Positions 7,815 to 16,495 are shown, counted from the stretch's first letter. The stretch is DNA of 19,994 bases from a virus (IMGVR_UViG_2695420538_000013); one strand, 5' to 3'. Made by a program: numbers and translations. The notes: generated by a model not told the origin, from the letters alone.

Positions 7815-8354
7815 ATGCAACCACTTACATACCAACAGACTAGCGGATTTAGCCCGACTGCGGTGATAAATCGTTCTCAAACAAAACAGGTGCCAGGCCA
7901 CGAAAAAATCCGTGATGCCGTCCGCGCTTGGTCTGCTGAAGATAATCAGGATGTAGTTGCCGCACTCATTGTGAATGAGTATCGAGCACAGGGCGGCGGC
8001 ACCATCGATTTTCCTGATGATGTCAGTCGTGCACGCCAGAAGCTGTTCCGCTTCCTCGATAACAAATTCGATTCTGAAAAATACCGAAATAACGTGCGTG
8101 AACTGACCCCGGCAATTCTGGCGGTACTACCGCTGGAATATCGCGGCCACCTGGTTGAGCAGGATAGCTTCATGGCTCGGCTGGCTGAAATGGAAAAGGA
8201 ACTCAGTGAGGCAAAGCAGGCGGTCATTCTCAACGCACCACGCCACCAGAAACTGAAGGAGATGAGTGAAGGCATTGTGTCGATGTTTCGAGTGGACCCG
8301 GATCTGGCTGGTCCATTGATGGCGATGGTCACCACCATGCTGGGGGCAATATGA
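7815..8354 (+). CDS. YdaT-family protein (CII-position regulator of Rac-type immunity regions)
   Basis: 179 aa with AAGGAG Shine-Dalgarno. Motifs EYRAQGGGTIDFP and LTPAILAVLPLEYRGHL resemble what I recall of Rac prophage YdaT. Sits between cro and the replication genes. Confidence 0.6.
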   Translation: MQPLTYQQTSGFSPTAVINRSQTKQVPGHEKIRDAVRAWSAEDNQDVVAALIVNEYRAQGGGTIDFPDDVSRARQKLFRFLDNKFDSEKYRNNVRELTPAILAVLPLEYRGHLVEQDSFMARLAEMEKELSEAKQAVILNAPRHQKLKEMSEGIVSMFRVDPDLAGPLMAMVTTMLGAI

Positions 8355-8440
8355 CAGGTTCAAAAATGGCGAAAGTCGGTCTGCGGGAACAGAACCGACT
8401 TTCAGGTGCAAATCGTAACACACTCATTGCGGGAGGAATT

Positions 8441-9370
8441 ATGGCAAACACTGCTGAGATATTCAATTTTCCAGTGCCGGATGCGGCACAAAAGGAGCCG
8501 CGCGTGGCAGATCTCGATGATGGTTATACGCGCATTGCAAATGAGTTGCTGGAAGCTGTGATGCTGGCCGGATTAACACAGCACCAGCTTCTGGTCTTTC
8601 TGGCTGTCATGCGCAAAACATATGGCTTTAATAAAAAACTGGATTGGGTTAGCAACGAGCAACTTTCCGAATTAACCGGGATATTGCCGCACAAGTGTTC
8701 TGCTGCAAAAAGTGTTCTGGTAAAGCGTGGGATTTTTATTCAGAGCGGGCGGAATACCGGCATTAATAATGTGGTCAGTGAATGGTCAACATTACCCGAA
8801 TCAGGTAAGAAAAATAAAGTTTACCTGAAAGAGGTAAATTTACCTGAATCAGGTAAAAAAAGTTTACCCAAATCAGGTAAAGGCGTTTACCCGAATCAGG
8901 TAAACACAAAAGACAAACTAACAAAAGACAATATAAAACCTTTTTCGTCCGAGAATTCTGGCGAATCCTCTGACCAACCAGAAAACGATCTTCCTGTGGT
9001 GAAACCGGATGCTGCAATTCAGAGCGGCAGCAAGTGGGGGACAGCAGAAGACCTGACCGCCGCAGAGTGGATGTTTGACATGGTGAAGACCATCGCGCCA
9101 TCAGCCAGAAAACCGAATTTTGCAGGGTGGGCTAACGATATCCGCCTGATGCGTGAACGTGACGGACGTAACCACCGCGACATGTGCGTGCTGTTCCGCT
9201 GGGCATGCCAGGACAACTTCTGGTCCGGTAACGTGCTAAGTCCGGCCAAACTCCGCGACAAGTGGACCCAGCTCGAAATCAACCGAAACAAGCAACAGGC
9301 TGGCGTGACAGCCGGCAAACCAAAACTCGACCTGACGAACACTGACTGGATTTACGGGGTGGAGCTATGA
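8441..9370 (+). CDS. O: Replication initiator protein O (lambda O-like)
   Basis: From MANTAEIFNFP with GGGAGG Shine-Dalgarno (the track ORF starts earlier at 8351). N-terminal VADLDDGYTRIANELLEA...KTYGFNK is similar to lambda O; contains the iteron origin; stop overlaps the P start. Confidence 0.9.
   Translation: MANTAEIFNFPVPDAAQKEPRVADLDDGYTRIANELLEAVMLAGLTQHQLLVFLAVMRKTYGFNKKLDWVSNEQLSELTGILPHKCSAAKSVLVKRGIFIQSGRNTGINNVVSEWSTLPESGKKNKVYLKEVNLPESGKKSLPKSGKGVYPNQVNTKDKLTKDNIKPFSSENSGESSDQPENDLPVVKPDAAIQSGSKWGTAEDLTAAEWMFDMVKTIAPSARKPNFAGWANDIRLMRERDGRNHRDMCVLFRWACQDNFWSGNVLSPAKLRDKWTQLEINRNKQQAGVTAGKPKLDLTNTDWIYGVEL
8791..8945 (+). repeat. ori-lambda-like replication origin: four to five about 19-bp palindromic iterons followed by an A-rich tract, embedded in the O gene
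   Basis: Iterons ATTACCCGAATCAGGTAA (8791-8808), degenerate GTTTACCTGAAAGAGGTAAA (8819-8838), TTTACCTGAATCAGGTAAA (8839-8857), GTTTACCCAAATCAGGTAAA (8862-8881), GTTTACCCGAATCAGGTAAA (8885-8904), each internally palindromic, then an A-rich stretch 8905-8945. Confidence 0.8.
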
Positions 9371-10068
9371 AAAACATCGCCGCACAGATGGTTAACTTTG
9401 ACTGTGAGCAGATGCGCCGGATCGCCAACAACATGCCGGAACAGTACGACGAAAAGCCACAGGTACAGCAGGTAGCGCAGATCATCAACGGTGTGTTCAG
9501 CCAGTTACTGGCAACTTTCCCGGCGAGCCTGGCTAACCGTGACCAGAATGAACTGAACGAAATCCGCCGCCAGTGGGTTCTGGCTTTCCGGGAAAACGGG
9601 ATCACCACAATGGAACAGGTTAACGCTGGAATGCGCGTAGCCCGTCGGCAGAATCGACCATTCCTGCCATCACCCGGGCAGTTTGTCGCCTGGTGCCGGG
9701 AAGAAGCATCTGTTAACGCCGGGCTGCCAAACGTCAGCGAGCTGGTTGATATGGTTTACGAGTATTGCCGGAAGCGTGGCCTGTATCCGGATGCAGAGTC
9801 TTATCCGTGGAAATCGAACGCGCATTACTGGTTGGTTACCAACTTGTACCAGAACATGCGGGCCAATGCGCTGACTGACGCGGAATTACGGCGCAAGGCT
9901 GCCGATGAACTGACCTGTATGACAGCGCGAATTAACCGTGGTGAGACGATACCTGAACCAGTAAAACAACTTCCTGTTATGGGCGGTAGACCTCTAAATC
10001 GTGCACAGGCTCTGGCGAAGATCGCAGAAATTAAAGCTAAGTTCGGACTGAAAGGAGCAAGTGTATGA
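9367..10068 (+). CDS. P: Replication protein P (DnaB helicase loader)
   Basis: 233 aa MKNIAAQMVNFDCEQMRRIANNMPEQYDEKPQVQQVAQIINGVFSQLL..., recognised as near-identical to lambda P. Confidence 0.95.
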   Translation: MKNIAAQMVNFDCEQMRRIANNMPEQYDEKPQVQQVAQIINGVFSQLLATFPASLANRDQNELNEIRRQWVLAFRENGITTMEQVNAGMRVARRQNRPFLPSPGQFVAWCREEASVNAGLPNVSELVDMVYEYCRKRGLYPDAESYPWKSNAHYWLVTNLYQNMRANALTDAELRRKAADELTCMTARINRGETIPEPVKQLPVMGGRPLNRAQALAKIAEIKAKFGLKGASV

Positions 10069-10367
10069 CGGGCAAAGAGGCAATTATTCATTACCTGGGG
10101 ACGCATAAGAGCTTCTGTGCACAGGACGTTGCCGCGGTAACAGGCGCAACCGTAACCAGCATAAATCAGGCTGCGGCTAAAATGGCGCGGGCAGGAATCC
10201 TGGTCGTTGATGGTAAGGTCTGGCGAACGGTGTATTACCGGTTCGCTACCAGAGAAGAACGGGAAGGAAAGGTGAGCACGAATCTGATTTTTAAGGAGTG
10301 TCGCCAGAGTGCCGCGATGAAACGGGTATTGAGGGTATATAAAAGAACATCAATGGGTACACAATGA
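10065..10367 (+). CDS. ren: Ren (Rex-exclusion relief) protein
   Basis: 100 aa MTGKEAIIHYLGTHKSFCAQDVAAVTGATVTSINQAAAKMARAG..., recognised as lambda Ren-like. Start overlaps the P stop. Confidence 0.9.
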   Translation: MTGKEAIIHYLGTHKSFCAQDVAAVTGATVTSINQAAAKMARAGILVVDGKVWRTVYYRFATREEREGKVSTNLIFKECRQSAAMKRVLRVYKRTSMGTQ

Positions 10368-10434
10368 TGAAACAGGTGAGTTGAGTTCAAACTGTAGTAC
10401 AATTCTCTCCAGTTTGAACAGGAAAGAATATGCT

Positions 10435-10767
10435 ATGAACCCTTATATTTATCTTGGTGGTGCAATACTTGCAGAGGTCATTGGTACAACCTTAATGAAG
10501 TTTTCAGAAGGTTTTACACGGTTATGGCCATCTGTTGGTACAATTATTTGTTATTGTGCATCATTCTGGTTATTAGCTCAGACGCTGGCTTATATTCCTA
10601 CAGGGATTGCTTATGCTATCTGGTCAGGAGTCGGTATTGTCCTGATTAGCTTACTGTCATGGGGACTTTTCGACCAACGGCTGGACCTGCCAGCTATTAT
10701 AGGCATGATGTTGATTTGTGCCGGTGTGTTGGTTATTAATTTATTGTCACGAAGCACACCACATTAA
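10435..10767 (+). CDS. emrE: Small multidrug resistance (SMR) efflux transporter EmrE
   Basis: 110 aa from MNPYIYLGGAILAEVIGTTLMKFSEGFTRLWPSVG..., four TM helices with the conserved Glu14. The track ORF begins at an upstream TTG. Confidence 0.95.
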   Translation: MNPYIYLGGAILAEVIGTTLMKFSEGFTRLWPSVGTIICYCASFWLLAQTLAYIPTGIAYAIWSGVGIVLISLLSWGLFDQRLDLPAIIGMMLICAGVLVINLLSRSTPH

Positions 10768-10796
10768 AATAATTTGTTTCTAAACGACTAAAATAT

Positions 10797-10830
10797 GGAG
10801 GCTCTTATATTTATATGAGCCTCGTTTTAT
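10797..10830 (+). terminator. Rho-independent terminator downstream of emrE
   Basis: GGAGGCTC (10797-10804), 12-nt loop, GAGCCTC (10817-10823), then GTTTTATGCTTTTT. Confidence 0.6.
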
Positions 10831-11021
10831 GCTTTTTGTTAATGTCTTTATTTTTTATGTATTCTTTTGTGCTTTCAAGATTATGGCGTAAGAAAATTGC
10901 AATACGATTATTGTTGTATATTCAAGATAATGTGACCTTAATTGTCTTTTTAAATAAAAATTAAACAAAAATTATATCCCACCACTAAGGTTTATAAAAG
11001 CATACGTTAGCAGGTGTCACC

Positions 11022-12548
11022 ATGAAAAAAGCCATAGCATATATGCGATTTTCATCACCAGGTCAGATGTCTGGTGACTCATTAAACCGACAGAGAAGAC
11101 TTATTGCTGAATGGTTAAAGGTAAATAGTGATTATTATCTTGATACCATAACATATGAAGATTTAGGATTAAGTGCATTCAAAGGAAAGCATGCACAATC
11201 AGGAGCTTTTTCGGAATTTTTAGATGCTATAGAGCATGGTTATATATTGCCAGGAACTACATTGTTAGTTGAAAGTCTGGACAGACTTTCAAGAGAAAAA
11301 GTCGGTGAAGCGATTGAACGTCTGAAATTGATTTTGAATCACGGTATTGATGTTATAACTCTTTGCGACAATACAGTCTATAATATTGACTCTTTGAATG
11401 AGCCATATTCATTAATAAAAGCCATACTTATAGCACAAAGGGCAAATGAAGAAAGCGAGATAAAGTCAAGTCGGGTTAAATTATCATGGAAGAAAAAACG
11501 GCAGGATGCACTGGAATCAGGTACGATTATGACGGCGTCTTGTCCGAGATGGCTCTCCTTAGATGACAAAAGAACGGCTTTTGTTCCAGACCCCGACAGG
11601 GTGAAAACTATTGAGCTAATTTTTAAACTCAGGATGGAAAGGCGCTCATTGAATGCAATAGCCAAGTATTTAAATGATCATGCTGTAAAGAATTTCTCAG
11701 GAAAAGAAAGTGCATGGGGACCTTCTGTAATTGAAAAATTATTAGCGAATAAAGCTCTGATAGGTATATGCGTACCTTCATATCGTGCAAGAGGGAAAGG
11801 GATAAGTGAAATCGCTGGCTATTATCCCAGAGTCATATCAGATGATTTGTTTTACGCTGTACAGGAAATTCGGTTGGCACCTTTTGGTATTAGCAATAGT
11901 AGCAAGAATCCTATGCTAATAAATCTACTTCGAACAGTTATGAAGTGTGAGGCTTGTGGTAATACCATGATTGTTCATGCGGTATCTGGAAGTTTGCATG
12001 GCTATTATGTTTGTCCGATGAGAAGATTACATCGATGTGACAGGCCATCAATAAAAAGAGATTTGGTTGATTATAATATCATTAATGAATTGCTTTTTAA
12101 TTGTAGCAAAATTCAACCAGTTGAAAACAAGAAAGATGCTAATGAAACTTTAGAGTTAAAAATTATTGAGCTTCAGATGAAAATTAATAATTTAATCGTT
12201 GCATTGTCTGTCGCGCCTGAAGTTACCGCTATAGCAGAGAAAATAAGACTATTAGATAAGGAATTACGAAGGGCTTCGGTATCATTGAAAACTTTGAAGA
12301 GTAAAGGTGTAAATTCATTCAGTGATTTTTATACTATTGACTTAACCAGTAAAAATGGACGAGAGTTATGCCGTACACTTGCCTATAAAACATTCGAAAA
12401 AATCATAATTAATACGGATAATAAAACCTGTGATATTTATTTTATGAATGGCATTGTTTTTAAACACTATCCTTTAATGAAAGTAATATCCGCCCAGCAG
12501 GCGATAAGTGCTCTCAAATATATGGTTGATGGTGAGATTTATTTCTAA
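11022..12548 (+). CDS. ybcK: Large serine recombinase (resolvase/invertase N-terminal catalytic domain, recombinase domain, zinc-ribbon), YbcK-like
   Basis: 508 aa. N-terminal AIAYMRFSSPGQ...SLNRQR (catalytic Ser region), central recombinase domain, Cys cluster CEACGN...YYVCP...HRCD, and C-terminal coiled-coil-like region. Confidence 0.9.
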   Translation: MKKAIAYMRFSSPGQMSGDSLNRQRRLIAEWLKVNSDYYLDTITYEDLGLSAFKGKHAQSGAFSEFLDAIEHGYILPGTTLLVESLDRLSREKVGEAIERLKLILNHGIDVITLCDNTVYNIDSLNEPYSLIKAILIAQRANEESEIKSSRVKLSWKKKRQDALESGTIMTASCPRWLSLDDKRTAFVPDPDRVKTIELIFKLRMERRSLNAIAKYLNDHAVKNFSGKESAWGPSVIEKLLANKALIGICVPSYRARGKGISEIAGYYPRVISDDLFYAVQEIRLAPFGISNSSKNPMLINLLRTVMKCEACGNTMIVHAVSGSLHGYYVCPMRRLHRCDRPSIKRDLVDYNIINELLFNCSKIQPVENKKDANETLELKIIELQMKINNLIVALSVAPEVTAIAEKIRLLDKELRRASVSLKTLKSKGVNSFSDFYTIDLTSKNGRELCRTLAYKTFEKIIINTDNKTCDIYFMNGIVFKHYPLMKVISAQQAISALKYMVDGEIYF

Positions 12549-13012
12549 ATAATGATCTCGGATTTTAAGTTATGCTATGGTGATAAAGTGCAAGACAGAA
12601 TTAATTATCTTTGACGAAACTTAATGGGTAATTACTTTGTTTGCTCCCACAAGCGAGTTTTGTACGGCTGTATTGGGGTAGTAAATGAGCTATACAATCT
12701 TAATCATTTGTCAGGTGAGAACTCTTGGTCGCAGATTCAAATACTGAAAATACGTGACAAATTATTATGAGCAAAATGGTGTATGTCACGTATTTTGAAT
12801 GATAGGTTAAAAAATAACACCGACTTTCGTAGGTATTACTAATAATAAAGCAGAGTTTTTAGATAGTATCAATGTGCTTTGTGTATATTGTGGCAAATAA
12901 TTGGGTTGGGGGTACAATTGTGATTGCTTTTGCATAAAAATTGCGCCTTTATGCATAATGAGATAAAGGAATATCAAATAAAATAACGATAGGTCATAAC
13001 AAAGAGGTTTTT

Positions 13013-13564
13013 ATGAAAACACTTATCGTTTCAACTGTATTGGCATTCATAACATTTTCTGCGCAGGCTGCAGCATTTCAGGTCACTAGTAATGAAATAA
13101 AAACAGGAGAGCAACTTACAACGTCTCATGTCTTTTCTGGATTTGGGTGTGAAGGTGGTAATACATCGCCCTCATTAACCTGGTCTGGTGTTCCTGAAGG
13201 TACCAAAAGCTTTGCCGTAACTGTATATGATCCAGATGCACCTACAGGCAGTGGTTGGTGGCATTGGACTGTTGTTAATATTCCAGCAACAATAACATAT
13301 TTGCCCGTTGATGCAGGGAGACGTGATGGAACAAAACTGCCGACTGGTGCTGTTCAAGGCCGAAATGATTTTGGCTATGCTGGGTTTGGTGGCGCGTGTC
13401 CTCCTAAAGGAGATAAACCACATCATTACCAGTTTAAAGTATGGGCTCTAAAAACTGAAAAGATTCCTGTAGATTCTAACTCCAGCGGAGCGTTAGTTGG
13501 TTATATGCTTAATGCTAATAAAATCGCAACCGCTGAGATAACACCAGTTTATGAGATAAAGTAG
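13013..13564 (+). CDS. ybcL: Secreted PEBP/YbhB-YbcL family (UPF0098) protein
   Basis: 183 aa with signal peptide MKTLIVSTVLAFITFSAQAAA. PEBP motifs DPDAPTGSGWWHW and HHYQFKVWAL. AGAGG Shine-Dalgarno. Confidence 0.85.
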   Translation: MKTLIVSTVLAFITFSAQAAAFQVTSNEIKTGEQLTTSHVFSGFGCEGGNTSPSLTWSGVPEGTKSFAVTVYDPDAPTGSGWWHWTVVNIPATITYLPVDAGRRDGTKLPTGAVQGRNDFGYAGFGGACPPKGDKPHHYQFKVWALKTEKIPVDSNSSGALVGYMLNANKIATAEITPVYEIK

Positions 13565-13573
13565 GGTGAGAGT

Positions 13574-14371
13574 ATGCTGGCAAGAGGTAAGACTAACTTA
13601 AAGATCGAAGAAATACGGATGCATAAACATCATGAGATTCATAGGGTTAAGCCTCTTATGCCAGCTTTGTGTCGTATCCGTCAGGGAAAGAAAGTTATCA
13701 ATTGGGAGACGCATACTTTAACTGTTGATAATAATCAAATAATATTATTTCCTTGTGGTTATGAATTTTATATTGAGAATTATCCTGAAGCAGGGCTTTA
13801 TCTTGCAGAAATGCTTTACTTACCCATTGATTTAATTGAGAGTTTCCAAAAACTTTATACGGTAACTGATCAAATACGTAACAAAACAAGTTTCTTTTTA
13901 CCTCAGAATCCTGAGTTAATATATTGTTGGGAGCAACTAAAAACATCTGTTTCCCGAGGCTTCTCAACTAAAATTCAGGAGCACTTAGCAATGGGCGTTC
14001 TACTTTCGTTAGGAGTGAATCATGTTAATCATTTACTTTTATCATATAGTAAACAATCATTGATAAGTCGTTGTTATAACCTGCTGCTATCCGAACCCGG
14101 CACAAAATGGACAGCAAACAAGGTTGCTCGATATCTCTACATTTCTGTTTCTACATTACATCGCCGTCTAGCAAGCGAGGGGGTAAGTTTCCAAAGTATA
14201 CTGGACGATGTGAGGTTAAATAATGCGTTGTCTGCTATACAAACGACGGTAAAACCTATAAGCGAGATTGCCAGAGAAAATGGTTATAAGTGTCCTTCTC
14301 GTTTTACTGAAAGATTTCATAATCGTTTTAATATAACACCAAGAGAGATAAGAAAAGCTTCCAGAGAGTAA
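13574..14371 (+). CDS. ybcM: AraC/XylS-family transcriptional regulator YbcM-like
   Basis: 265 aa. C-terminal double HTH ([21 protein letters not shown]...[30 protein letters not shown]). Confidence 0.85.
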
Positions 14372-14487
14372 AAGTGTTTTAAGAAGGAGCAATTCTATCG
14401 ATTTTGATTTTGGGAAATCAACACGGCATAATTATGTCACCGGAGCCTGAACAACTCCGGTGACTTCTGCGCTAAACGGGGACGTTT

Positions 14488-14589
14488 ATGCGCACATACA
14501 ATCCAAACTCTCTTCTCCCTTCACAGATGCAGAAATGCACCTGCAATTCTTTGCATCTAGCGTTTGACCTCTGCGGAGGTGAAGCGTGA
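14488..14589 (+). CDS. ylcH: Small protein YlcH-like (33 aa)
   Basis: Hand-translated [36 protein letters not shown], too short for the ORF track. Its stop overlaps the GTG start of ybcN, and it matches my recollection of DLP12 ylcH. Confidence 0.45.
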
Positions 14590-15041
14590 ACCTCTCACAA
14601 GACGGCATCAAATTACATCGCGGCAACTTCACCGCTATCGGTCGGCAGATCCAGCCTTATCTGGAGGAGGGCAAATGCTTTCGCATGGTGCTTAAACCGT
14701 GGCGTGAGAAACGCAGTCTTTCCCAGAATGCACTCAGCCACATGTGGTACAGCGAAATCAGTGAATACCTCATCAGCAGGGGTAAAACGTTCGCCACTCC
14801 AGCTTGGGTAAAAGATGCTCTCAAACACACATATCTCGGTTATGAAACCAAAGACCTGGTTGATGTCGTAACCGGTGATATCACCACTATCCAGTCGTTA
14901 CGCCATACCTCCGATCTTGATACCGGAGAGATGTATGTCTTCCTGTGTAAGGTTGAAGCCTGGGCGGTGAATATTGGCTGCCACCTGACTATTCCGCAGA
15001 GCTGCGAGTTCCAGCTGCTCCGCGACAAGCAGGAGGCGTAA
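14586..15041 (+). CDS. ybcN: YbcN-family protein (DLP12-type nin-region protein, reported DNA base-flipping activity)
   Basis: 151 aa with GTG start and GGAGGTG Shine-Dalgarno. Sequence [30 protein letters not shown]... as recalled for YbcN. Confidence 0.8.
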
Positions 15042-15211
15042 TGGCTACACCGCTTATTCGTGTCATGAACGGACACATCTACAGAGTATCAAATCGTCGT
15101 AAGCGTAAGCCTGAGCTGAAGCCATCCGAAATACCAACACTGCTCGGATATACCGCTAGCCTGGTTGATAAAAAATGGTTGCGACTGGCAGCAAGGAGGA
15201 ATCATGGCTGA
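15041..15211 (+). CDS. ninE: NinE-like protein (56 aa)
   Basis: Hand-translated [56 protein letters not shown]. Start overlaps the ybcN stop (TAATG) and its end overlaps the ybcO start. Basic small protein in the nin position. Confidence 0.6.
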   Translation: MATPLIRVMNGHIYRVSNRRKRKPELKPSEIPTLLGYTASLVDKKWLRLAARRNHG

Positions 15212-15494
15212 TTTGAGAAAAGCAGCGCGTGGTCGGGAATGCCAGGTAAGAATCCCTGGCGTATGTAATGGCAATTCTGAAACGTCTGTACTGGCACATA
15301 TCCGGCTGGCTGGATTGTGCGGTACCGGTATCAAACCGCCAGACCTGATTGCCACCATTGCATGTTCTGCCTGCCACGACGAAATCGACCGCCGCACACA
15401 TTTTGTCGATGCTGCATATGCAAAAGAATGCGCGCTGGAAGGTATGGCGAGAACACAGGTTATCTGGCTGAAAGAGGGGGTTATTAAGGCGTGA
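15204..15494 (+). CDS. ybcO: YbcO-family (DUF1364) Cys-rich putative nuclease
   Basis: 96 aa from [34 protein letters not shown]...[11 protein letters not shown]. The track ORF starts earlier at 15165. Confidence 0.8.
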   Translation: MADLRKAARGRECQVRIPGVCNGNSETSVLAHIRLAGLCGTGIKPPDLIATIACSACHDEIDRRTHFVDAAYAKECALEGMARTQVIWLKEGVIKA

Positions 15495-15854
15495 ATACCT
15501 ACAGTATCACATTACCCTGGCCTCCGAGCAATAATCGCTATTACCGCCATAATCGCGGGCGCACGCACGTCAGTGCAGAGGGGGCAGGCATACCGCGATA
15601 ACGTCGCCCGAATCATTAAAAACGCAATGCTGGATATCGGCCTGGCTATGCCTGTGAAAATCCGCATTGAGTGCCACATGCCGGATCGCCGTAGCCGTGA
15701 CCTGGATAATCTGCAAAAAGCCGCTTTTGACGCACTCACTAAAGCAGGTTTCTGGCTGGATGATGCTCAGGTCGTTGATTACCGCGTTGTGAAGATGCCT
15801 GTTACCAAAGGTGGGAGGCTGGAACTGACCATCACCGAAATGGGGAATGAATGA
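15491..15854 (+). pseudogene. rusA: Holliday-junction resolvase RusA, disrupted by a +1 frameshift in a G5 run (15580-15584)
   Basis: The GTG-start frame gives (M)[30 protein letters not shown] and then stops. The remaining RusA sequence [36 protein letters not shown]...TITEMGNE continues in the next frame (track ORF 15573..15854). Confidence 0.75.
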
Positions 15855-15991
15855 TGTTTGAGTTTAATATGGCAGAACTTCTTCGCCACCGCTGGGGGCG
15901 TCTGCGCTTATATCGTTTCCCCGGCTCTGTTTTGACCGATTACCGAATACTGAAGAATTACGCCAAAACACTGACAGGAGCAGGAGTATGA
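15851..15991 (+). CDS. ylcG: Small protein YlcG-like (46 aa)
   Basis: Hand-translated [46 protein letters not shown]. Start overlaps the rusA stop. Confidence 0.55.
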   Translation: MMFEFNMAELLRHRWGRLRLYRFPGSVLTDYRILKNYAKTLTGAGV

Positions 15992-16076
15992 AGTCAGAGA
16001 TAACAATCAACTAATACTGTTTTGTTGATTTTTGCTTGTAATTGGCGTTCTGGTCTGAGTTTTGTGGAGTAAGTTG

Positions 16077-16454
16077 ATGCGTGATATTCAGATGGTTCTT
16101 GAGCGTTGGGGAGCGTGGGCGGCTAATAATCATGAAGATGTGACCTGGTCGTCCATTGCCGCCGGTTTTAAGGGATTAATTCCTTCAAAAGTAAAATCTC
16201 GCCCGCAATGTTGTGACGATGACGCGATGATCATTTGCGGGTGCATGGCCCGTCTGAAAAAGAACAACAGCGATTTGCATGATTTATTGGTGGACTATTA
16301 TGTCGGCGGCATGACTTTTATGGCGCTTGCACGTAAGCATGGGCGATCTGATTGTTGGGTTGGCAGGATGCTCCAGAAAGCTGAGTGCGTAGTGGAGGGT
16401 ATGCTGATGGTGTTGGATCTCCGATTGGAGATGGATGCTGATTGTTCGAAATAA
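16077..16454 (+). CDS. quuD: Late-gene antiterminator Q (QuuD-like)
   Basis: [22 protein letters not shown]... with Cys-rich zinc-binding region ([16 protein letters not shown]). Positioned just upstream of the late promoter/terminator and lysis genes. The start may instead be the TTG one codon earlier (16074) or the TTG at 16062. Confidence 0.85.
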   Translation: MRDIQMVLERWGAWAANNHEDVTWSSIAAGFKGLIPSKVKSRPQCCDDDAMIICGCMARLKKNNSDLHDLLVDYYVGGMTFMALARKHGRSDCWVGRMLQKAECVVEGMLMVLDLRLEMDADCSK

Positions 16455-16466
16455 TTAAAGGAAAAG

Positions 16467-16495
16467 TTGCTGTCTGATTCTCATTAGTCTAACAT
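16467..16495 (+). promoter_or_regulatory. Candidate late promoter pR' (Q-utilisation region)
   Basis: TTGCTG (16467-16472), 17-bp spacer, TAACAT (16490-16495), located between Q and the terminator, followed by the near-palindrome AACATTTTAAATGTT. Confidence 0.25.

Noticed and set aside
7946-8423. Minus-strand ORFs 7946..8338 and 8127..8423
   Set aside because: Antisense to the YdaT-like gene in the rightward early operon.
8791-8904. Possible CRISPR-like array suggested by regularly repeated about 19-bp units
   Set aside because: The repeats are contiguous palindromic iterons inside the O ORF followed by an A-rich tract (a replication origin). There are no unique spacers between direct repeats and no cas genes.
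8775-9608. Minus-strand ORFs 8775..9101, 9019..9342, 9279..9608
   Set aside because: Antisense to O and P, which are near-identical to known replication proteins.
9683-10106. ORFs 9683..9874(+) and 9825..10106(-)
   Set aside because: Alternative-frame or antisense within P/ren.
11378-11665. 95-aa minus-strand ORF inside ybcK
   Set aside because: Antisense to the serine recombinase gene.
13175-13967. Minus-strand ORFs 13175..13426 and 13698..13967
   Set aside because: Antisense to ybcL and ybcM.
14613-15739. ORFs 14613..14828(-), 14840..15076(-), 15089..15397(-), 15156..15401(-), 15512..15739(-)
   Set aside because: Antisense to the tightly packed, translationally coupled ybcN-ninE-ybcO-rusA operon.
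16005-16035. AT-rich hairpin (AATCAAC ... GTTGATT) plus T-run between ylcG and Q as a possible terminator
   Set aside because: The stem is short and A/T-rich, so too weak to call a terminator with any confidence.
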